Source of the DNA: Pseudodesulfovibrio piezophilus C1TLV30
GTDB taxonomy: Bacteria; Desulfobacterota; Desulfovibrionia; Desulfovibrionales; Desulfovibrionaceae
Direction of reading: 5' to 3'
Length of the DNA: 32,000 nt
NCBI RefSeq assembly: GCF_000341895.1
Contig: NC_020409.1
Span: 3,000,001-3,032,000, forward strand
The notes beneath the pieces were generated by a model that made no database searches, was not told the DNA's origin, and worked only from the letters and a program-made list of their open reading frames with translations. The stretch's first letter is position 1; each line of letters opens with the position of its first letter. Made by a program: the position numbers and the translations under genes. Shown here piece after piece: positions 25,323 through 32,000 of the stretch.

Positions 25323-26354
25323 ATGACCGAAGACTCGGGACGGCTCGAACTTGATACCGGGCAATCTTACCTCGCAGAAGCAACCTCGGATGAAGGGTTG
25401 GTGAACTGCGTGTTTTCTTCCACTTCGATGATCAAGGTGGGAACAGGAACGACCACGCGTTCTCACCGGACGAAGTTGTATTGGTATGTGGAAGAAATTG
25501 AAGACAAGCTTTTTGCGGTTCGTCAGATCAATACGAATAGTGTTCCATCCGGGGATGAAAAGATTATCTCACTTGATGAATTGATGGCGGAGTATTCGCC
25601 TGAAGTGGAATATTTCGAGGATCAGACTCTCCCGGCAATGCAGAATCTTGATGATCATCTTGACCTTGGAGAATCCCTCCGGGAGGAAGAGCGGTTTTAC
25701 AGTGCAGAGCATTGTTTTACCAATGCCCTTGGCATAGATGAAAAAAATGTCAGGGCATTGTTTAATCTCGGCTTGATTTACCTCGAATCCCACAACATCG
25801 AAAGAGCGCGGGATATGATGCAGGAGATTCTCAAAATCAAAGCGGCTTTCAAAGGAAAAAATCACCATTTGTTCAATGAATTCGGTATCGCTTTGCGCAA
25901 GAGCGGACTATACGATGAATCTGTGGAATATTATGCCAAGGCAGTGGAGTTTGCCCCGGAAGATGAAAATCTTTTCTATAATCTTTCCCGAGCCAACTAT
26001 GAGCGCGGGAACTGGGAGGAATGCGTCTCAGCCCTTTCCCAGAGCCGACTTCTTAATCCTGGGCTTGGGGCGGCAAAGAGTCTGGCCAAGTTGATCGTGG
26101 AGATGCACGACAAACCCTTGCTATGCGAGAAACAGGGAAAACCGCCTGTTCCGGCGAATATCATCGAGGCCTTAGGGGGTGACGTTCTTGGAAAAGACAG
26201 AGCTGTCTCCTATTCGCCAGGACAAGCCGAATCTGTGGACCGTGCACGCGGTAAGGCAACGAAATCTTCCGAAGAAAAGCAATTCACAGAGAAAGAGCAG
26301 TCGTCAGAACAAAAAGGCCCTTCTGATTCCGTCAAGATTGAGTTTGATATCTAA
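25323..26354 (+). CDS. TPR-repeat protein, paralogue 3 of 3, with a Ser/Glu/Lys-rich tail.
   Basis: ATG 25323. It shares the same conserved blocks: VNCVFSSTSMIKVGTGTT, HLFNEFGIALRK, DENLFYNLSRA, GKPPVP. Confidence 0.8.
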   Translation: MTEDSGRLELDTGQSYLAEATSDEGLVNCVFSSTSMIKVGTGTTTRSHRTKLYWYVEEIEDKLFAVRQINTNSVPSGDEKIISLDELMAEYSPEVEYFEDQTLPAMQNLDDHLDLGESLREEERFYSAEHCFTNALGIDEKNVRALFNLGLIYLESHNIERARDMMQEILKIKAAFKGKNHHLFNEFGIALRKSGLYDESVEYYAKAVEFAPEDENLFYNLSRANYERGNWEECVSALSQSRLLNPGLGAAKSLAKLIVEMHDKPLLCEKQGKPPVPANIIEALGGDVLGKDRAVSYSPGQAESVDRARGKATKSSEEKQFTEKEQSSEQKGPSDSVKIEFDI

Positions 26355-26369
26355 GGGTATCGGTCGATA

Positions 26370-26392
26370 AGGATCGCATCCTCGTTTTTTTT
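26370..26392 (+). terminator. Weak intrinsic terminator after paralogue 3.
   Basis: AGGAT-cgc-ATCCT (only 5 bp), followed by a run of eight T. Confidence 0.35.
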
Positions 26393-26420
26393 AAAATTCC
26401 GCGCTCAAAATTGGCAATAG

Positions 26421-26454
26421 AAAAGGCCTGCCGAGTATACTCGGCAGGCCTTTT
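26421..26454. terminator. Bidirectional intrinsic terminator (palindrome) between the TPR cluster and lon.
   Basis: AAAAGGCCTGCCGAGTA/TACTCGGCAGGCCTTTT. This gives an 11-bp GC-rich stem with A/T runs on both sides. Confidence 0.75.
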
Positions 26455-26479
26455 CTGAATTATCGAATGAGAAGCGTGT

Positions 26480-29023
26480 TTATTTGGCAGATGCCAAGGG
26501 CCACACTTCATCAATTTTTTCGATGGGCTTGATCGTAATACGTTTGAGCAACTCTTCGGGTATTTCGCTCAAATCCTTCTTGTTTTGCGAGGGGATAAGG
26601 ACGGTCTTCATACCTCGTGATACGGCAGCGAGAATTTTTTCCTTGATTCCGCCGACAGGCAGGACCCGGCCACGCAGGCTTATTTCTCCGGTCATGGCCA
26701 TTTCCGGGTTGATGGGCGTATCCGTAAGTGCGGATATGAGGGCCGTAACCAGGGTTACTCCTGCTGATGGGCCATCCTTGGGAGTGGCTCCGGCCGGAAC
26801 GTGGACATGGATATCCATCTCTTCGGTGAACTTGGGATTGATGCCATATTTGTCCGCTCGGGCACGGGCGATCGACAGGGCGGCCTGGGCCGATTCCTTC
26901 ATTACCTCGCCCAGTTTTCCGGTCAGGGTCAGCTTTCCTTTCCCTGGCATGGTGGAGACTTCGATATGCAACAACTCTCCTCCAACAGGGGTCCACGCGA
27001 GCCCCACTGCGACGCCTGCGGGCAGGACTGTTTCCTTGGCGTCTTCCAGGAAGTGAGGCGGCCCAAGCAGGGTGTAGAGATTCTTGGCAGTGACCTTGAA
27101 CGGTCCCTTTTCGCCTTCGGCCTTTTTTCGGGCCATTTTGCGACAGAGGGTGCCTATTTCCCGTTCCACATTACGAAGCCCGGCTTCGCGGGTGTATTCC
27201 CGGATGACCTTGGAAACCAGCTTGTCGCTTATCTCCAATTCCTTTTCCTTGAGACCGTTTTCAGACACCTGGCGCGGAATGATATAACGTCTGGTGATCA
27301 CGGTTTTTTCCTGCTCTGTGTATCCGGGAATACGAATGATTTCCATGCGGTCACGCAGAGGACCGGGAATGGAATCAAGCATGTTGGCTGTGCACACGAA
27401 CATGACTTTGGACAGATCAAAAGGAACATTCAGGTAATAGTCAGTGAACGAGAAGTTCTGCTCCGGATCGAGGACCTCGAGCAGGGCAGATGACGGATCG
27501 CCACGGAAGTCATTTCCGAGCTTGTCTATCTCATCAAGCATGATCACCGGATTTCGGGTACCGCACTGCTTGATGGCCTGAATGATACGACCGGGCATGG
27601 CTCCTATATACGTGCGTCTGTGGCCTCTGATCTCTGCCTCATCACGCATTCCTCCAAGAGACATACGGTGGAATTTACGGCCCAGAGAGCGTGCAATGGA
27701 ACGGCCCAGAGAGGTCTTGCCAACACCGGGAGGCCCGGCAAAGCATAGAATGGGTCCCTTCATCTTCGGATTAAGCTTGCGGACGCTCAGGTATTCAAGG
27801 ATACGCTCCTTGACTTTCTCCAGATCGTAGTGGTCCTCATTGAGAATATATTCGGCTTTCTTGATATCAAGCCGATCGCGGGAGAGTTTTTTCCAGGGGA
27901 GTTCGATCATCCAGTCCAGATAGGTTCTGATGACGGTTGCCTCACTGGATTCGGCATGCATGGATTCCAGGCGGTGCAACTGCTTGTTCGCTTCCTTCAT
28001 CACATCCTTGGGCATGCCGGATTTCATGATGCCCTGCTTGAAATCTTCCATCTCCTCGGTTTCATCGCCATCATCGCCCAATTCGCGTTTGATGGCTTTC
28101 ATCTGTTCTCGCAGATAAAAGTCCCGTTGCGCCTTGTCCATGCCTTCCTTGGCCATGGTCTGGATGCGGTTTTGCATGTTGGCGACCTCAACTTCCTTGA
28201 GGAGTTGGCTGTTGACCAATTCCAGCCGGATAATGGGGTCATAGCACTCAAGGATTTTCTGAGCGGCGCTGACCTTCATGCGAAGGTTGGATGCAATGAG
28301 ATCGGCCAGCCTGCCGGGTTCATTGACGTTATTCAGAACGCTCATGATGTCCTGAGAAGAAATGCCACGCAGGGAGAGGATGCGTTCGGACTGCTCGCGG
28401 GAAGAGCGAATCAATGCTTCCTGCTCACTGGTCAATTCAGGAACTTCAGGTTCCATGAGAGGTTCGAGTTCGGCAATGTGGAACGGGTCACTGGAGGTGA
28501 ATCGCTTCACTTTGGCGCGGGCCAGTCCCTGCACCAGCACCTTGAGGCGACCATCAGGCATTTTCAACATTCGCATGATCATGCCGACAGTACCGGTTGC
28601 GTACAATTCATCCTCGGTCGGGTCTTCCACTGCCTCGTCTTTCTGGGTGAGAATGAGGATGTATCGGTCAGCGGCGAGAGCTGCATCCACGGCCTTGACA
28701 GATTTCTCGCGTCCGACAAAAAGGGGCAGTATCATATAGTTGAAGACAACAATATCGCGTACGGCAAGCACTGGAAGTTCTTGTGGAATATCTGCTGGAT
28801 TGGGACCCGCAAGATCATCCCCTTCGCCAAAAATGGCTGCACTGCCGGGGGCACTGGTCAAAGCTTCGATGATTTCAGGCAACTCTTCACCGCTTCCGGG
28901 ACGGATTGTCCCCTTGTCACGGGGGGTGGCGGGTTTGTTGGGAGATGAGTTCTTGTCCCGTATATTCTTCTTGCGTTGTATGCGCGAAGGCTTGATCGGT
29001 GTATTTTTCTTTTTCCTGCTCAA
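26480..29023 (-). CDS. lon: ATP-dependent Lon protease with a Lys/Arg-rich N-terminal extension.
   Basis: Lon N-domain (LPVLAVRDIVVFNYMILPLFVGREKS), Walker A GPPGVGKTS, and protease Ser motif PKDGPSAGVT. The only start upstream of the N-domain with an RBS (AAGGA) is TTG 29023. Confidence 0.9.
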   Translation of the reverse strand: MSRKKKNTPIKPSRIQRKKNIRDKNSSPNKPATPRDKGTIRPGSGEELPEIIEALTSAPGSAAIFGEGDDLAGPNPADIPQELPVLAVRDIVVFNYMILPLFVGREKSVKAVDAALAADRYILILTQKDEAVEDPTEDELYATGTVGMIMRMLKMPDGRLKVLVQGLARAKVKRFTSSDPFHIAELEPLMEPEVPELTSEQEALIRSSREQSERILSLRGISSQDIMSVLNNVNEPGRLADLIASNLRMKVSAAQKILECYDPIIRLELVNSQLLKEVEVANMQNRIQTMAKEGMDKAQRDFYLREQMKAIKRELGDDGDETEEMEDFKQGIMKSGMPKDVMKEANKQLHRLESMHAESSEATVIRTYLDWMIELPWKKLSRDRLDIKKAEYILNEDHYDLEKVKERILEYLSVRKLNPKMKGPILCFAGPPGVGKTSLGRSIARSLGRKFHRMSLGGMRDEAEIRGHRRTYIGAMPGRIIQAIKQCGTRNPVIMLDEIDKLGNDFRGDPSSALLEVLDPEQNFSFTDYYLNVPFDLSKVMFVCTANMLDSIPGPLRDRMEIIRIPGYTEQEKTVITRRYIIPRQVSENGLKEKELEISDKLVSKVIREYTREAGLRNVEREIGTLCRKMARKKAEGEKGPFKVTAKNLYTLLGPPHFLEDAKETVLPAGVAVGLAWTPVGGELLHIEVSTMPGKGKLTLTGKLGEVMKESAQAALSIARARADKYGINPKFTEEMDIHVHVPAGATPKDGPSAGVTLVTALISALTDTPINPEMAMTGEISLRGRVLPVGGIKEKILAAVSRGMKTVLIPSQNKKDLSEIPEELLKRITIKPIEKIDEVWPLASAK

Positions 29024-29112
29024 GATGACATCCTTTTATTTCAGTGAAAACAGGTCTGCTTACCTCATTTAAGTCGTCATATCGACTTGGCAAGCCTGTT
29101 TTTCATGTAATT

Positions 29113-29394
29113 TCATAGTTTCTGACGCCATGTGGTAAAGCTGTCAAAATGCTCCCGGAGTTCTCCGATTGTCGATTCGACTCGGCTGACCCGTGCCAAC
29201 AGTGGCCCTTCATGCAGCCGTGCGGCAAAGAGTTTCAGAACCATCGGTTCTCCTTGTGCCAGGGCTTCGACATGACCATCGGGTCGATTTCGTACCCACC
29301 CGGTGACACCCAATTCCTTTGCCAGCTCACAGGTCCATTTCCTGAACCAGACTCTTTGCACCTTGCCGTGGATAATGGCTCTTAGTTCCTGCAT
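29113..29394 (-). CDS. acyP: Acylphosphatase.
   Basis: 93 aa. IHGKVQRVWFRKWT...GWVRNRPDGHVEA matches the acylphosphatase signature pattern. Confidence 0.8.
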   Translation of the reverse strand: MQELRAIIHGKVQRVWFRKWTCELAKELGVTGWVRNRPDGHVEALAQGEPMVLKLFAARLHEGPLLARVSRVESTIGELREHFDSFTTWRQKL

Positions 29395-30078
29395 CTACAG
29401 ACGTCCTTGCTCATTAAAACTGTAATAGTCATGGTCGGTGACTATCAGGTGGTCCAGAATCCGGATATCCAGTCCATGGGCAGTCTCCCTGATTCGTTCC
29501 GTCAAGAGAATGTCTTCGCTGGAAGGGGACGGATCACCACCAGGATGATTGTGCGCCAGGATGATGCTTGCGGCTTCGAGCCTGAGCGCTGTAGCCATGA
29601 TCTCCCTGGGAAAAACCGGTGTGGCATTGACTGTCCCTTTGCTCACTCTCTCCCAGGCGATGACTCTGTTTTTGGAGTCGAGATAGGCGGCCCAGAATTC
29701 TTCCACGCCCTTGTTGCCGATTCGCGCCATGGCCGCCTTGGCAACGTCTGCCGGGTCCGACAGGCTGGTTCCGCTGCGAGTGACAGCTTCCCCCACGCGG
29801 GCATGGAGTTCTTGTGTCAACATCCATTGCGACCGAACTCCGTCGCCAATACCCTTGATACCTTCCAATTGGTCTGGTCGGGCCATGATGGCGTCTTTCA
29901 AAGAACCGAACCGCTCGATGAGTTCCTTGGCAAGCGGTTTTGTATCCCTGCGTGGCAAAACCAACGCAAGGAGCAACTCCAGCACTTCATAGTCGGCCAA
30001 AGCGCGCGGATTGTGTGCGAGCTTTTCCTTGAGACGTTGTCTGTGGCCGAGGTAGTGAGGCTTCTTTGGTACTGTCAT
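29395..30078 (-). CDS. radC: RadC-family (JAB/MPN domain) protein.
   Basis: N-terminal HhH-like region and the JAMM motif ILAHNHPGGDPSPSSED. Its stop abuts the acyP start. Confidence 0.85.
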   Translation of the reverse strand: MTVPKKPHYLGHRQRLKEKLAHNPRALADYEVLELLLALVLPRRDTKPLAKELIERFGSLKDAIMARPDQLEGIKGIGDGVRSQWMLTQELHARVGEAVTRSGTSLSDPADVAKAAMARIGNKGVEEFWAAYLDSKNRVIAWERVSKGTVNATPVFPREIMATALRLEAASIILAHNHPGGDPSPSSEDILLTERIRETAHGLDIRILDHLIVTDHDYYSFNEQGRL

Positions 30079-30128
30079 ATCCGGGAAGTCAACAGGAGAA
30101 ATAGTATTTTGGGATTATTATAACAGAG

Positions 30129-31127
30129 CTAAAAACGAGTGGCCTGGCCGCGAGGCTGGAAAAGATCAATGAGACCGGCAATGAGAATATCAAGTACTTC
30201 TTCATATTTGCGCTCTCCGGTCTTGATGGACATCTCAGCCTCAAGGGCGAGATCCAGCATGTGGGCTATACCGTTTCGACCCAGCCGTTGTGCAACTCCC
30301 GTCTTGAGTTTCTTGACATAGGGATGAGCTTTGACTTTGGTCTCCTCCCCACTGATCAGCATCCAGTACATGCGCGCCTGACTGGCGAGGAATCCGATCA
30401 GGTTGAATAACATTTGATCCTTGGCCGCTTTGAAGTGATCATTGATGACCCGTTTCCAGACAGAGGCCTCGGCCCCGCGCTTGCCAAGGGCATCCATGAG
30501 TTCGAAAAATTCCATTTCGCCGACTTGTGCCACAAGATCAACATGATCGCGGCGGAGAATTCGTTGCTCTCCGGCTGCCAGGTCCAATTTCTCCAACTCC
30601 AGTTTGGCGGCTACGGCATCCACGGGAAGGGCTTGAGTCAAGGCCTGTTCGACTCCCCGTTCGAAAGTTATCGCGTTCGTGGCTCCCCAATTCCGTACGA
30701 ATTCTCCCAAAGTTCGGCGGTCCAATCCGGGGGATTCCCATATCCAACCTTCCTGTTGGGCCTTTTTGAAAAGATTCCTGCGGGACAGAGTGGCTGGGAC
30801 CGGAGCTTTTTTTCCCTTCCATTGGCCTTCCAGACAAAAAATGGGAAAAACATCCGACCCAATGCCTTTGACCCCGGCATCAAGCTTGTCCCAGTATTCG
30901 GCCTTGAGGCTGTGAGCGCGGCGTACGATCAAAGCTTTGGGTTGGGGGAAGAGTGATTTGATGGTCAGGTCTGTCCAATAACCGGCAGGAAGTGGATCGT
31001 CATCATCACCCCAGAAGGTTTTGTGTTCCCAATCGGAACGTCCGGATGCCTTGAGTTGTTCATCTGTGTGCAGTCGGATCAACTCCGGGTCAGGGCAAAC
31101 GAAAAAAAGATAGCGGGGGCGGTTCAT
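30129..31127 (-). CDS. holA: DNA polymerase III delta subunit.
   Basis: The length (about 330 aa), helical C-terminal pattern and position immediately downstream of an LptE-like lipoprotein gene (the conserved lptE-holA arrangement) support the call. Confidence 0.65.
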   Translation of the reverse strand: MNRPRYLFFVCPDPELIRLHTDEQLKASGRSDWEHKTFWGDDDDPLPAGYWTDLTIKSLFPQPKALIVRRAHSLKAEYWDKLDAGVKGIGSDVFPIFCLEGQWKGKKAPVPATLSRRNLFKKAQQEGWIWESPGLDRRTLGEFVRNWGATNAITFERGVEQALTQALPVDAVAAKLELEKLDLAAGEQRILRRDHVDLVAQVGEMEFFELMDALGKRGAEASVWKRVINDHFKAAKDQMLFNLIGFLASQARMYWMLISGEETKVKAHPYVKKLKTGVAQRLGRNGIAHMLDLALEAEMSIKTGERKYEEVLDILIAGLIDLFQPRGQATRF

Positions 31128-31142
31128 GCCAAGATTCCTGAC

Positions 31143-31637
31143 TTAGTAGTTCTGGGATAGACGATCTGCCAGGCGACGTATCCCGAGCCGGGTGACCTCT
31201 TTATCCGCTTCACTTTCCTGGCCGGAATAGAAAGGCCAGCTCTGATTGATTGTTCCGGATGCCCAGACGACATGGCTGTCTACAGCTGATTTGATAACTG
31301 CCTGAAATTCGAATCGCGCTGTGGATCGCAGCGTGTCATCATCTTCACCTTCCACGGCAGTGGGTCGGTAATACTTGACTATCTTGAATTCGAGGAAGGC
31401 GTCAGCCTCCTCTCTGTCATCGGTCCATGTGATATTAGAACGTGCGCCCAGTTCATCCCTGAGCAATTTGCGGATACGGGGTTCCAGCCATGTCTGCATG
31501 GTTGGGTTTTCCACTTTGGTGATGGTTATTGTACGAAAGTTGCGGGCGAGGACCGAGTGTCCGGCATTGCCGAAACCGTATCCGCACGCCATGAGCATGA
31601 GGGGCAGCAGAAAAATGATATAGCGAAGGAATTTCAT
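31143..31637 (-). CDS. lptE: LptE-like outer-membrane lipoprotein.
   Basis: GGAG lies upstream of ATG 31637. Lipoprotein signal MKFLRYIIFLLPLMLMAC with a lipobox Cys. Size and synteny with holA also fit. Confidence 0.55.
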   Translation of the reverse strand: MKFLRYIIFLLPLMLMACGYGFGNAGHSVLARNFRTITITKVENPTMQTWLEPRIRKLLRDELGARSNITWTDDREEADAFLEFKIVKYYRPTAVEGEDDDTLRSTARFEFQAVIKSAVDSHVVWASGTINQSWPFYSGQESEADKEVTRLGIRRLADRLSQNY

Positions 31638-31720
31638 CCATAGTCTCCATATGTTGGTCTCCAGCTGTTGATGATACTTGGAAACTGCGCAAAGGTCCAT
31701 ATGGATGACCGAGTCGCTGA

Positions 31721-31754
31721 AAGGAAAAGCCGGAAGGGTGTATCCTTTCCGGCT
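31721..31754 (-). terminator. Intrinsic terminator after the partial substrate-binding protein gene.
   Basis: On the minus strand, AGCCGGAAAGG-ataca-CCCTTCCGGCT (one mismatch) is followed by TTTTCCTT. Confidence 0.55.
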
Positions 31755-31775
31755 GTTGGTTGTTGTCGGAGCAGG

Positions 31776-32000
31776 CTATTGAGCAACGACTTGATCTCTG
31801 AACGTCTCAGGTAAGCGTGGGAACATGGTTGCGCGTGTGCGAGCCGGAATAAAAGGGGGTTGCCCCATCTTTTTGAGTACTTCAAGCCCACCAGCCGGAT
31901 CCAGGAGATAGGAGAGAAAGGCTTCAGCGGCTTCCCTGTTCGGAGCCTTGTCGAGCAGGGTGACGCCGTAGGTGATAGATTTACCAACTCTTTCGAGAGT
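31776..32000 (-). CDS. 3' end of a periplasmic ABC-transporter substrate-binding protein (molybdate/tungstate/sulfate-type PBP). The gene is partial.
   Basis: My own minus-strand translation entering from the window edge reads [77 protein letters not shown]. It is absent from the ORF track because there is no start codon in the window. Confidence 0.6.
   Translation of the reverse strand, partial: TLERVGKSITYGVTLLDKAPNREAAEAFLSYLLDPAGGLEVLKKMGQPPFIPARTRATMFPRLPETFRDQVVAQ

Noticed and set aside
27830-28948. 372-aa plus-strand ORF, plus other plus-strand ORFs at 26484-27493
   Set aside because: They are antisense to lon, whose frame carries unmistakable Walker A and protease motifs. These are shadow ORFs.
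31700-32000. Expectation of a leuS 3' end upstream of lptE-holA
   Set aside because: No minus-strand frame resembles a leucyl-tRNA synthetase C-terminus. The well-behaved frame encodes a periplasmic binding-protein C-terminus instead.

Overview
Gene-dense chromosomal segment with about 33 protein-coding genes. By eye I found no rRNA, tRNA, CRISPR array, IS element or transposase. The gene content points to a sulfate-reducing Desulfovibrionaceae-like deltaproteobacterium: multiheme cytochromes, a sigma-54 regulator, a hemerythrin-bearing chemoreceptor, an FmdB-like Cys-rich protein and a HesB-like selenoprotein. This taxonomic call is an inference.

Housekeeping genes: pyrR-aroK-ykgJ-like operon, cobT, fmdB-like plus hemC, lon, acyP, radC, holA, lptE-like, and a partial ABC substrate-binding protein at the right edge that the ORF track does not list.

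Sensory and respiratory genes: a NapH-like polyferredoxin; a CBS/ACT protein; an orphan sensor kinase; an HAO-family octaheme cytochrome with an NrfH-like tetraheme partner; a divergent hybrid kinase with a c-heme (CxxCH) periplasmic sensor plus a sigma-54 response regulator; a membrane-anchored chemoreceptor with two tandem C-terminal hemerythrin domains; a CgeB-like/WcbI-like gene pair; and three tandem TPR paralogues.

Main items for follow-up:
1. A HesB/IscA-like gene (4261-4605, minus strand) is interrupted by an in-frame TGA. That TGA aligns exactly with the conserved Cys of the adjacent paralogue, so this is a probable selenoprotein that the ORF track misses.
2. The first ORF (3-1268) has a motif order and spacing reminiscent of a gasdermin-type pore-forming domain, and a 70-aa ORF is translationally coupled to it. 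This is speculative.
3. The heme-c sensor kinase, sigma-54 regulator and hao/nrfH-like genes form a module with sigma-54-like boxes and a TGACAT half-site array in the shared intergenic region.
4. The chemoreceptor carries a doubled hemerythrin domain.
5. A triplicated TPR gene family has an unexplained 630-bp spacer.
6. A near-consensus sigma-28 promoter sits in front of a 65-aa ORF.

All calls rest on reading translations and motifs by eye. No searches or folding programs were run.
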